Positions 35,340 to 44,463 of a stretch of 44,463 bases of DNA are shown piece after piece. This DNA comes from a bacterium (GTDB lineage: Bacteria; Bacteroidota; Ignavibacteria; UBA10030). A program made the translations under genes and the position numbers. Under the pieces are notes generated by a model. It was not told the DNA's origin and did not search any database. It was given only the letters and a program-made list of their open reading frames with translations. The DNA lies in assembly GCA_043803945.1 (NCBI GenBank), contig JAZDJN010000082.1, positions 1-44,463 on the forward strand. The letters run 5' to 3'. Each line of letters opens with the position of its first letter. The first letter of the stretch is position 1.

Positions 35340-36862
35340 GAACTTAGTACCGCCTGTTCCGAACCGTGCATACAGTGAACAAAGAGATCATGAATCGCTA
35401 CATCTGCAGGATTGACTTCCCCGCCAATCTCACCGTTGCGCATAATGAGAATGCGGTGGCAGACACTGATAAGCTCCTCCAGCTCGCTTGAGACAACAAT
35501 AGAACTGATACCCTTCCTGCTCAACTCCCAGATGATTTGAAACATTTGCTGCTTGGCCTGCACGTCGATGCCGCGTGTTGGTTCGTCGAACAGAACAACA
35601 CGCGGATTGGTATTGAGCCATTTTCCCACAACAACCTTTTGCTGATTGCCGCCGCTCAGAAGCGAAACCGGATCCCCCTCGTCCGAAAGCGTAATATCCA
35701 ACGCCGCAATATTGTGTTTCACCAGCTCGCGTTCTTTCTCCCGCAGGAGAAATCCTTTCGGTGCAATGCGGTCAAAGCAGGAGAGCGTGAGATTCAATTT
35801 CGTACTCAACATCTGTACGAGCCCTTCCTCCTTCCGGTTCTCCGGCGTGAGGGCAAAGCCATGGCCTTTCATCTGCACCGGGCTCCGTGGATGGATGGTA
35901 TTATTATCCAGAAGTAGTTCTCCGCTTTCTGCTGGATCCGCTCCGAATATTGCCCTCAGCAGTTCCGTCCTTCCAGATCCCAGCAGGCCGGCAATGCCGA
36001 GAATTTCGCCGCGCTTGAGTGTGAAGGAAACATTGTGAAATGCGCCCTTTCGTGAAAAGTTCTTCACGGTAAGAAGCGGTTCTTTCGGTTCAGGAAGATC
36101 GGCGGGGCGAACATGCTGTACCACCTCGCCAAACATCATATGCGCAATTGTTGCCGGGGTTGCTTGCTGCTTCTCAACGGTACCGATGTAATCGCCGTTG
36201 CGTAACACCGAAACAGAATCGGCAATCTGAGGCAATTCCTGCAGGCGGTGTGTAATATAGAGGAGGATAACTCCCTGTTCGGCGAGCTGCCGGAGGAGTA
36301 CAAAGAGGCGTTCAGTTTCATGATTGGCAAGCGCCGAGGTCGGTTCATCGAGGATGAGGATGGAGGGATCATAGATCATTGCTTTCGCGATTTCTACAAT
36401 CTGCTGCTGTGCAACACTCAACCGCCTTGCCTCTGTCCGCACATCCAGCTTGACCTCGAGGCGCTTCAGCACATCCTCAGCCATAGCATAGGCGGCGTCC
36501 CAATCGATTACGAGTTGTCCCAATCCGCGCCGCTTGGGGAGCCTGCCTAACAAAATATTCTCCGCCACAGAAAGCTCGGGCACAAGGCTCAACTCCTGAT
36601 GCACGCTTGCGATTCCCTTGTTTAAGGCGTCGCGGGGCGACTTGAGTTCCAGCGTCTGCCCGTTCAGGATGATCGCTCCGCTCGTTGGCTCGGTCACACC
36701 GGCAATAATCTTGACGAGTGTACTTTTTCCCGCGCCATTTTTCCCAAGCAGTGCATGAATTTTCCCGCCGGAAAATTTCAGGCTGACACCCTTCAGTGCA
36801 ATAGTACCGGGATATTCCTTCCGCAGGGCATGAACTTCAAGTATATTGAGGGGAATTGCCAT
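35336..36862 (-). CDS. Sugar ABC transporter ATP-binding protein (RbsA-like, two ABC domains)
   Basis: GKNGAGKST, LDEPT, LSGGNQQK and DEPTRGIDV. Confidence 0.96.
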   Translation of the reverse strand: MAIPLNILEVHALRKEYPGTIALKGVSLKFSGGKIHALLGKNGAGKSTLVKIIAGVTEPTSGAIILNGQTLELKSPRDALNKGIASVHQELSLVPELSVAENILLGRLPKRRGLGQLVIDWDAAYAMAEDVLKRLEVKLDVRTEARRLSVAQQQIVEIAKAMIYDPSILILDEPTSALANHETERLFVLLRQLAEQGVILLYITHRLQELPQIADSVSVLRNGDYIGTVEKQQATPATIAHMMFGEVVQHVRPADLPEPKEPLLTVKNFSRKGAFHNVSFTLKRGEILGIAGLLGSGRTELLRAIFGADPAESGELLLDNNTIHPRSPVQMKGHGFALTPENRKEEGLVQMLSTKLNLTLSCFDRIAPKGFLLREKERELVKHNIAALDITLSDEGDPVSLLSGGNQQKVVVGKWLNTNPRVVLFDEPTRGIDVQAKQQMFQIIWELSRKGISSIVVSSELEELISVCHRILIMRNGEIGGEVNPADVAIHDLFVHCMHGSEQAVLSS

Positions 36863-36878
36863 CGTGCTGCAGCACGGC

Positions 36879-37865
36879 TTACTTCGTCATACTGGCCAGT
36901 TTTTCCTTGAAGGATTTTACCTCATCGGGCTTTTCCCGCGTTAACAACTGGCCTGAAAGCGATATAGTCTTTTGAACCATGGGCATCCCCTTTAACACTT
37001 TGATAGTCGTTTCGAGGGCGGTGCTGCCGATATCGTAAGGGCGCTGCCCTGTGATCGCCTGAAGAATATTATCCTTCTCAAGCAGAAAATCGGCGAGTTG
37101 CTCGCCGGTATCTGTGCCAAAGACTGCAACGTTTCCGGCTTTACCGGCATTTTTCACTGCCATCACAGCACCGACCGTTCCGCCTTCATTCGCAGCCCAG
37201 ATAATGTTCACATTGGGGTTGGCCGTGAGAATATCGCCGACTTTTTTCACCGCCTGCTCGGCGAGCCATGCATCCTGTTCCGCGACAATCTGAACACCGG
37301 GTAATTTTGTCACTTCACTTTTAAAACCGCTGCTCCGTGCCGAGCTTTGCTCAGGTACTTGCGAGAGAAATGCAATGAGCGCAACCTTTGCTTTTCCTCC
37401 GAAATTCTTCTCGATATACCCGCGGGCAAACCGGCCGGTCGATGCGCCAAGATCAAATTGATCGCTCTGGATGAAGCAAGCGGGAATGTCGCCGACAACG
37501 TTGGTGTTGTACGTAATCACTGTAATTCCTTTTTCACGAGCGCGGGCTAATGCTGTCACAGATGCTTTTGCACTCAGCGGGGAGACAATAATTGCATTGA
37601 CTTCATTGGCGATGTAGGTGTTCACCAATTGGATTTCCTTATCAGGCTTATTCGCGCTGTTCCCCTCGAGCAGTTCGACATTGTTTTTCTTCGCAGCATC
37701 CCGCATCCCGAACAAGACCAGCCGGAAGAATTGATCTTCCTGGAAGATGATTCCGGCAACTTTAAATGTCCCTTTCTTCCCTCTGCCGCAACCGTTAATG
37801 CTGACACAACAGGTAACAAGAATCAGTATTGAAAGTACGGCGAGCAGCAGTCCACGGTACTTCAT
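36879..37865 (-). CDS. Sugar ABC substrate-binding protein (RbsB-like, probable lipoprotein)
   Basis: Periplasmic-binding-protein type I pattern with a lipobox-like NGC. Start 37865 follows GGAGG. Confidence 0.9.
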   Translation of the reverse strand: MKYRGLLLAVLSILILVTCCVSINGCGRGKKGTFKVAGIIFQEDQFFRLVLFGMRDAAKKNNVELLEGNSANKPDKEIQLVNTYIANEVNAIIVSPLSAKASVTALARAREKGITVITYNTNVVGDIPACFIQSDQFDLGASTGRFARGYIEKNFGGKAKVALIAFLSQVPEQSSARSSGFKSEVTKLPGVQIVAEQDAWLAEQAVKKVGDILTANPNVNIIWAANEGGTVGAVMAVKNAGKAGNVAVFGTDTGEQLADFLLEKDNILQAITGQRPYDIGSTALETTIKVLKGMPMVQKTISLSGQLLTREKPDEVKSFKEKLASMTK

Positions 37866-37867
37866 GG

Positions 37868-38368
37868 TTATAATTCCTCCATTGATTCGATGAGAGCCCA
37901 TTCATTGTTCACCCGCGTAAGACCGAGGGGTTTGAGGCTATACGGCTGCGGCAACGCACTTTCTTTGAAATTCATCATCTCGATCTGGTAAGGAGTAATT
38001 TTGATCACAATATAGTCGGTGTTCTCCGGCCCGCCAGGATACATATCGCTCCAATATGCACGCCAATATTTGTGTTTGATTTCCTGGGAAGTCTCTATGG
38101 TAGCAGTGCCGAGCAGCGTCACATAGGCGTTACTGCGGGGATTCAGATAGGAGAGGGTCACTTTTCCCTGCTTAAGCACTTCGTGTACTTTCCTCGACTT
38201 TGGGCTTGCTCCCAGCCAGACATTGAACTCCTGATCGGGCTCAAAAGGATGCATCAGCCGAGAGTGAATATCGTTTCGCTCACCCTGGGTGATGAAGAAG
38301 CAGTAGTCGGCTGCTTTCATAAGCTCCCGTGCTATTGTAAAATATTCATCGACTGTATTCTGACTCAT
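37868..38368 (-). CDS. Pyridoxamine 5'-phosphate oxidase-like / general stress FMN-binding split-barrel protein
   Basis: HSRLM, SRKVHE, VTLSY, YVTLLGTA, YW..YW and YIVIKITP. Confidence 0.82.
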   Translation of the reverse strand: MSQNTVDEYFTIARELMKAADYCFFITQGERNDIHSRLMHPFEPDQEFNVWLGASPKSRKVHEVLKQGKVTLSYLNPRSNAYVTLLGTATIETSQEIKHKYWRAYWSDMYPGGPENTDYIVIKITPYQIEMMNFKESALPQPYSLKPLGLTRVNNEWALIESMEEL

Positions 38369-38410
38369 GGGTTCGCCTTTCACAATATGAGAATCGATTC
38401 ATGCAACACG

Positions 38411-40675
38411 CTATTTCTTCCTCGCCACCGATGTTCGGAACTCATCCTGGATTAATCCGATCTGTTCAACAGGGATTTGTTTAAATCCAAGTTTGAACGC
38501 AGGTGAATCTTCCCCCAATCGGAAATCCTCTTTCCTCACATCCACAAAACCCGGGTCACCTGGTATGAAGCTGTTGCCGGGAAACTCCTTTGCAACTTCC
38601 TTGTCATTCCTGGACAACAGAACATAACCTTCTTTTCCATCGATATCCAGGTAGTATGGATCCCATCCTTTTGCATCCTTGGGGCGCCGCCGGCAGATCG
38701 CAGAGTCGGCAACCAGGTTATCCTTCATCGTAACTACCGAAAAATCAAACGCCGAATAGTCGTAGATGTCGAGCCACCGGCCGCCATAGGAGACATTGCG
38801 AAGAATTTTGTTGTTCTTCGGAACAGCAGTCTCGCCATCGTACATCCTCAGCAATTCCGGGTACCGGGTGCTGTACGGCGGTTCATTATAGCGCATTTCT
38901 TTCATTTGTTCAAATAGCAACGGAAGGGTTCCGTCCATAAAATAACTTGCCCAGCCGAGCCCCCGTGCATCGACGTGAACACTGGGCTGGCACTCCACGA
39001 AGATGTTGTTCTCTATTATATTGTCCCTGCCTCCGCCAATCATGGCCGAGCGTCCCGATTTATAGAACACATTCCCGTACACCGTAAATCCGCATGCCCA
39101 GTCGTCAAGATACACCGCCATCACACCATGAAGGCCAGGCCCGAGCAGGTGGTGGAAATAATTATACCGGATGATATTGCCGCGCCAGGTCCAATCACGG
39201 CCTGTGTGCAGCGCGCCAGCATCACCGGTTTCCTGACAGACACGAGAAACATCGTTGAACTCGATCAGATGATCGTTGCCGCGGAGATAGATTCCCTCAT
39301 GTGGAGCATCGTGGATGAGATTGTGCTGAACATTGTGGCCTACTCCGTCGATAAAGATGGCATACTGTCCTGTACTGATCCACTGGCTGTAGTGATGGAT
39401 GTGATTATTGATAGCAACGTGATGTGCCGGGGTTAGAGTTTTCCGATCTCCGCCATTCAGACGGATACCACTCATAGCAACATCTGAGATATCGCAGCTT
39501 TGAATTGTGTTTTCCATTCCTTTATCAATCGTTACGGCTTCATTGCCAAGCTGGCGGAGAGTACACCCTGCGATCAGATTCCTGGTGCCTTCACGAATGA
39601 CGATTCCCTGACCTCTTGATTGTTCAAGTGTAAATCCCTGGAATTGCACATGTTTTGTGTTTTCAAGAATAATGAGCGGCTCCTCGAGCAAAGAGACTGT
39701 GACATCTCCACGTTGTATCAGCGACGGCGGCCAGAAATAGAGTTTGCCGTTCTTCTTGTCGAGATACCATTCACCCGGCGCATCAAGTTCTTCAAGGATG
39801 TTGAGATAATAATAGCGCTGATTCTTTGTGTAGCCATAATGATGATGCGGCTTCGCCAGTGTAATTTCTTTCTTTTGGGTATCGATGGATTGGACTTGCT
39901 GATAGGAATCGCTCCAGTCCCACGTCCAGAGTCCATGGAGATAGATTTCAGAAACTGCCGACCAACGCTCCGGGCGGCTGCCCTCATAGGCAATTCTTCC
40001 ATAGTGTCTGCCAACAGGGACATTATTGAATCGCTTTTCCCGATCGAGGCCCTTGTTATAGAGAGAGTCTCCCGACTGCGGAACGTCGGCAATGCGGAGC
40101 CAGCCGGTGTCGGGCCATCGGGCAAGAGTCATGCGTTCACCGCGAAAAAAAACTTCCAGTCCGGGTCCGCCGCGTTGAGTGATTGTTCCGTAACCGGTGA
40201 TGCCCTGTTCCTTGAGGTCGGCAACGAGAATGGAGGAATGGAACGAATGATTAATTCGCTTCAATAGTACTGGATCGCTTATCGGTTTGAAACTGGAAAC
40301 CGCCGTATTGCCGGTAAGGACGACCCTTTCATTCTTGTATGTACGCCAAATAATGGGAGCGTTTTGTTCTCCTGAATCCCCGGCTTCGAGTTTAAGAGAT
40401 GTTTTAAACTTGTATGTTCCTTCTCGAACGAAAATTGTTTTACCCCCTTGCTGCCATTCTCCAGATGTTCGCAGTCTTCGTATTTCGTACTGAGCACGTT
40501 TAAATGATGCAAACGGCCCATCCGTCTGTGTTTGATTGGCGGACGGAAGTCTGCCCGACCAGGTATCGCTGCCGTTGATCGAGACGTAGAGATTAATTTG
40601 AGAATAGAGAGAGGTATAAGAGAATACTATCAAGACTATGAATCCAAGGCAGAGGTGCTTGACGATCGATTTCAT
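38411..40675 (-). CDS. Secreted right-handed parallel beta-helix protein (GH141-like)
   Basis: YVSINGSD..G, GPFAS, VREGTY, LARWP, LEELDAPGEWY, repeated NxIH strands, DAGALH, YLDD and GFKQIP. Start moved to 40675. Confidence 0.85.
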   Translation of the reverse strand: MKSIVKHLCLGFIVLIVFSYTSLYSQINLYVSINGSDTWSGRLPSANQTQTDGPFASFKRAQYEIRRLRTSGEWQQGGKTIFVREGTYKFKTSLKLEAGDSGEQNAPIIWRTYKNERVVLTGNTAVSSFKPISDPVLLKRINHSFHSSILVADLKEQGITGYGTITQRGGPGLEVFFRGERMTLARWPDTGWLRIADVPQSGDSLYNKGLDREKRFNNVPVGRHYGRIAYEGSRPERWSAVSEIYLHGLWTWDWSDSYQQVQSIDTQKKEITLAKPHHHYGYTKNQRYYYLNILEELDAPGEWYLDKKNGKLYFWPPSLIQRGDVTVSLLEEPLIILENTKHVQFQGFTLEQSRGQGIVIREGTRNLIAGCTLRQLGNEAVTIDKGMENTIQSCDISDVAMSGIRLNGGDRKTLTPAHHVAINNHIHHYSQWISTGQYAIFIDGVGHNVQHNLIHDAPHEGIYLRGNDHLIEFNDVSRVCQETGDAGALHTGRDWTWRGNIIRYNYFHHLLGPGLHGVMAVYLDDWACGFTVYGNVFYKSGRSAMIGGGRDNIIENNIFVECQPSVHVDARGLGWASYFMDGTLPLLFEQMKEMRYNEPPYSTRYPELLRMYDGETAVPKNNKILRNVSYGGRWLDIYDYSAFDFSVVTMKDNLVADSAICRRRPKDAKGWDPYYLDIDGKEGYVLLSRNDKEVAKEFPGNSFIPGDPGFVDVRKEDFRLGEDSPAFKLGFKQIPVEQIGLIQDEFRTSVARKK

Positions 40676-40775
40676 GGTTTCCGGTTCTCCTGGGGAAGTG
40701 AAAGTGGAACGAATGTACGAGTACTTCGGTATGAGATGCAAGGAGGATGATTGTTGATAGTACAGACAGGTACTT

Positions 40776-40888
40776 GTCGCACCCGCAGTTGGTGAGCCTG
40801 TCGAACTAAAAGCGGGTGTCCAGTGCCGTAATTATTGATTGATAGCCACTTTTAAAAGTCACTGGGTCCCCGCGTCCGCGGGGACGAC
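40776..40888. repeat. REP-like inverted pair (GTC..CCCGC..GCGGG..CCAG / CTGG..CCCGC..GCGGG..GAC) with an inserted element
   Basis: Left arm 40776-40823 is interrupted by GTTGGTGAGCCTGTCGAACT. Right arm is 40862-40888. Confidence 0.65.
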
Positions 40889-40920
40889 AGACTTGTTGCA
40901 GAGCAATTATTATTAGCTCG

Positions 40921-41919
40921 TTATTTGCTCAACTCTTTCAGTCGCTGTTTAAATTTCATTACTTCTTCCGGCTGATCGCGGCAAAGAAGCTGTCCGCTGA
41001 GTGATATTTTCTTTTCAACGGATTCTCCATTTAATACCTTCAAAGCGGTCTCTACAGATTGTGCCCCCATTTCAAACGGGAGCTGCCCGGTGACGGCTTG
41101 CAGGATGTTATCATCCGATAAAAGAAAATCGGCAAGTTGTTCATTTGTATCGGTGCCGAAGACTGCGATATTCCCTGCCTTGCCGGCATTTTTTACAGCC
41201 ATTACGGCGCCGATTGTTCCGCCTTCATTGAGAGCCCAGATCACTTTTATATCGGGATGTGCCGTGAGCATGTCGCCCACCTTTTTGATTGCCTGTTCTG
41301 CAAGCCAGGCATCTTGCTCGGCAACGATTCGTACGCCGGGGAGTGTTTTGATTTCACTCTTAAAGCCATTCGTCCGGGCAGCGCTCTGTTCAGGCACCTG
41401 TGAGTGAGCAGCCAGGATGGCAACGCATGCTTTCCCGCCAAATTTTCTTTCGATGTACTCACGCGCCAGTTTGCCCGTCGAAGCACCTAATTGGAATTGA
41501 TCGCTCTCAATAAAACTTGCAGCAAGATTGCCGTCAACGTTGGTATTGTATGCGATGATTGCAATTCCTTTTTCTTTTGCGCGGCTTAGCGCGGTGTACG
41601 ATGCTTTGGCGCTTAACGGAGAGATAACGATGGCATCGACACCATTGGCGATGTAGGTGTTGACAAGTTGAATTTCCTGGTCGGGCTTGCCGTTGCTGTT
41701 CGCTTCAAATAATTCAGCGCCATTTCTCATTGCAGCATCCCGCATGCCGAAGAGCACCACACGGAAGAATTGATCGTTCTGGAAGACAATGCCCGCGATC
41801 TTCCTTTTTCCTTTTATCTTCTTTCCGTTACAGCCGACAGTAAATATTCCCGTAAGGAAGAGGGAGGCGATAAGGATAAGGAGAGGGATGATAGATGTGA
41901 GAAGATTCTTTCGGGTCAT
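40921..41919 (-). CDS. Second sugar ABC substrate-binding lipoprotein, close paralog of 36879-37865
   Basis: Long shared blocks (DQFFR.VLFGMRDAA, EIQLVNTYIAN, VAEQDAWLAEQA, VMAVKNAGKAGN) and a VGC lipobox. Confidence 0.92.
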   Translation of the reverse strand: MTRKNLLTSIIPLLILIASLFLTGIFTVGCNGKKIKGKRKIAGIVFQNDQFFRVVLFGMRDAAMRNGAELFEANSNGKPDQEIQLVNTYIANGVDAIVISPLSAKASYTALSRAKEKGIAIIAYNTNVDGNLAASFIESDQFQLGASTGKLAREYIERKFGGKACVAILAAHSQVPEQSAARTNGFKSEIKTLPGVRIVAEQDAWLAEQAIKKVGDMLTAHPDIKVIWALNEGGTIGAVMAVKNAGKAGNIAVFGTDTNEQLADFLLSDDNILQAVTGQLPFEMGAQSVETALKVLNGESVEKKISLSGQLLCRDQPEEVMKFKQRLKELSK

Positions 41920-42087
41920 AGTTCCTCACCAGGTTAAATGCTTTTTCGAAACAGGATTGTTCTTTGTCTAATTTTCAGCAGAACATAACCAACTTTTTGA
42001 TGGTTGTCCAGAGGAGGGACAGATTCACAAGCGAGAGAGTGATTCTATTGCAGTTGGTTCAATGGAAAGATGTTCTATGCGGGTTGC

Positions 42088-43112
42088 CTACATTCCTTCG
42101 AGTTTGATCTTCACAAGAGAGCCCGATTCTATGTCCACTGTCCAGAAATACTCACCATCCCAGGCTAGGCTGTCTCCGTCATATAAAGGGTATCGATGTT
42201 CTTCCGTGATTGTCATCGTAGCTGGATCGAAACCTTTTACCCGGTTATCAAAAGGGGATGAATCAAGAATCCAGAAACATTTGCCATCTGAACTGAGTGA
42301 TACACAGTGGGAAATCTTCAAATAATTTTCTGGATATTACGTGATAATTTGAACCGATTGAGGATCAAGGATGATAAATTGATACAGTGAAGAATTAGAA
42401 TTTGAGCGCCATAACATTCCAAGCCTGGATCCAAGACCAGCAATGGTAGCCAGGGTTTTTCCTGAAAGCGATATATAAAGCGATGTGTCTATGGTGCTTT
42501 ATGTGAGGGAGATAGGAAGCAGAATATTATCGCTGACACCATACGGTGAATAAAAGGTTACGAGAGTGTCTTCACAAATTGCATGATTTTTATTATACAA
42601 CACTGCTTGATTTCGCGTTATCGATAGGTTTTCAATAACTGTTTATGTCCTCGCTATCGATGTGTCTGTTTCAACCACACTATTTCCTCAACATGAATAG
42701 AGTTTTTTCTTATGTAACATCAATCGATTTCCTTGTTGTACCATAATTGCGGCACGATGGGGATGCGTTGTAATACCTTTCCTGCCTCCCTCGGAGTAGT
42801 GAATTGAACTTCATTTGAATTCCGAATTTCTCCCGAGTAGTATATGGTTTGAACCCGCACCGTATATTCAGCGTTGTAGGTAAATTGAGCTTTTGAAGTG
42901 CAGGTATAGAATGTAGAAAGGGAATTAATCTGAGGAGCAAGCAATGCTGATTGAATGGTATCGATTGTTGAAAAGAGCGACGATGCTCCTTCTCTTGTCT
43001 GGATGAAATACTGTTTGATATTTCTTATTACCGTTCTCCCGTTGGGCTGTGATATTGCCAGTTGATCCACGAGACATATCTCGTGGTATATGAATTGGAA
43101 ATGTAACCATGA
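42088..43112 (-). pseudogene. Decayed gene: FN3-like segment followed by a beta-propeller-like region
   Basis: One reading frame runs from about 42735 to 42088 through four stops (42690, 42645, 42501, 42339) and ends in LAWDGEYFWTVD. The upstream part (YTVRVQT..SNEVQFTTP) is in another frame. Confidence 0.6.
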
Positions 43113-43116
43113 TTAT

Positions 43117-43893
43117 TTACTCTAATGATCCTATCATAATAGTTACCTGTTTTAGTTCTTTTGAATAACTAGATCTTGGTTTTAATCCTGCTTTATGCCC
43201 CCACTCAAGAATATTTTTTATTACTTGCGTTTCTTCTGGAGCACCAATTTCCATGTCAAGAACAGGTATTCCGATTGCGGCAGCAGCCATAGCTGTACAT
43301 TTCCAACCTCCTTTTTCAAGGGCTGATGCTATCTGATATGCTAAATTATTAGCTTCCTTGTCATTGTAGATATATGAAATTTCAAAGGATTGTTGTGGAT
43401 GAGCCTTTACAATATCGGTAAGAAGCCGCATTGCTGCTGGTGATAAGACTCTAGAAGGCGGGCCAATATTTATTATCTGATGAGCTACTTGCCCACCGAT
43501 CTGACCTTGGTTATTGATCACCGACCCTCCCACTGGGGCATTTATGGTTACGTTACCCGGTGGATTGGATTTGCTTTTAAGGCTATCTTTTAAAATAAGT
43601 TGTTTCTTAGTAATTGTAGTTTTAGACTCTAGAGATAACTTTATCTGGTTGGGATTTGGATTACCGTCATTCTTCAAGAGAGCTGGAGATCTCTGTGCAA
43701 GAGTATCATTGTACTTACCGTTGGTTACAATGCCTGTGAAATTGAAATAACCAAGAATTCCAAACACGCTTCCAATAAAAGATACGACTATAAAAAAGAG
43801 CCATAACGGAAAAAAGCGATGTTGAGAACAAAACAAAAACTTTGCTTCATTCTTACAAAACTTATGTGATTTGGTAAGAGCTTTACATTTCAT
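43117..43893 (-). CDS. Hypothetical membrane protein with N-terminal Cys/His (DUF5763-like) motif
   Basis: MKCKALTKSHKFCKNEAKFLFCSQH, then a TM helix, a low-complexity linker and an alpha/beta C-terminal domain. AT-rich. Confidence 0.65.
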   Translation of the reverse strand: MKCKALTKSHKFCKNEAKFLFCSQHRFFPLWLFFIVVSFIGSVFGILGYFNFTGIVTNGKYNDTLAQRSPALLKNDGNPNPNQIKLSLESKTTITKKQLILKDSLKSKSNPPGNVTINAPVGGSVINNQGQIGGQVAHQIINIGPPSRVLSPAAMRLLTDIVKAHPQQSFEISYIYNDKEANNLAYQIASALEKGGWKCTAMAAAAIGIPVLDMEIGAPEETQVIKNILEWGHKAGLKPRSSYSKELKQVTIMIGSLE

Positions 43894-43915
43894 AGGAAAG
43901 CGATCACAATTGACA

Positions 43916-44167
43916 TTATGAATCTTTTTTGTTGCTGAGCTGTAACTGTTCAAAAGGGATATTCATTGTTTCATCATTCTCATCTTTTTGGACTACAACA
44001 TAATCATCTCCTACCTCGACCAGAGTCACTATTGTTTCTGACTTATTTGTTTCAGAATAATCAAGAAAGTATGGTCTGTATTTGTTCTGGGATGAGACAT
44101 TCATGAGGTTACCTTTAAGTCCTAGGTATTTTTTTAGTCTCGAAGCATAATCCATTCTCTTCTCCAT
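43916..44167 (-). CDS. Small hypothetical protein (possible Sm-like fold)
   Basis: 83-aa ORF directly upstream of and co-oriented with the previous gene. TLVEVGDDYVVV..NIPFEQL resembles Sm-like strands (weak). Confidence 0.5.
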   Translation of the reverse strand: MEKRMDYASRLKKYLGLKGNLMNVSSQNKYRPYFLDYSETNKSETIVTLVEVGDDYVVVQKDENDETMNIPFEQLQLSNKKDS

Positions 44168-44463
44168 TTTTGATCATCGTTCAGCTAATTAATTTTCAAC
44201 TAATGCTATCTTTATAGTAATGTCCATTACTAATTTGTGAAATAGCTAAATTGATTACAAGCTCGCAGGGATCTATCAACATACGAGGCCAGATTTCTCT
44301 GGCCTTGTTGTGTAGGATTAATTAATGAGTTCACTCTAAAAAGGTCAACATACGTTGGCATGATAATTGCGGAAATATTGCTAGACGAACAACCAGACAC
44401 CAACAATTATCAGTGACGCAATGTTCAAGAAGAACCAAAAACACATTCAGGCAAATATCTTCG

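Noticed and set aside
42088-42735. Stop-codon recoding (alternative genetic code or selenocysteine)
   Set aside because: The stops are mostly TAA and accompany a frameshift, and all other genes use standard stops.

Overview
This is a roughly 50%-GC chromosomal window from an FCB-group bacterium, most likely Ignavibacteria-like. The basis is two proteins with NYPNPFN-type T9SS C-terminal domains, combined with GGAG Shine-Dalgarno sites and TTGACA-type promoters. It carries dnaB, a run of secreted peptidases (an intact M14, a catalytically dead M14 paralog, M28, S9, C39-like), glycan-processing genes (GH127, GH67, a GH141-like beta-helix protein, a Tat-exported FucI/AraA-like protein), and a sugar ABC operon coupled to a URO-D/MtaA-family gene, with a second such gene nearby. 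The strongest candidate for an undescribed system is an AT-rich four-gene cassette at about 16.0-18.7 kb. It encodes a CxxC-less thioredoxin-like membrane protein, a beta-propeller, a MauE/DoxX protein and a secreted 9-Cys, 2-Trp, internally duplicated peptide. This is the same parts list as the mauBEDA module, and its putative promoter has a T13 tract between -35 and -10, which suggests phase variation. Intergenic DNA is packed with several repeat families: nested REP-like palindromes, 7-bp periodic arrays, and a ~35-bp repeat tied to a GxxExxY remnant. I saw no rRNA, tRNA, CRISPR array, integrase or intact transposase. All family calls come from motif recognition by eye; no database search was run.
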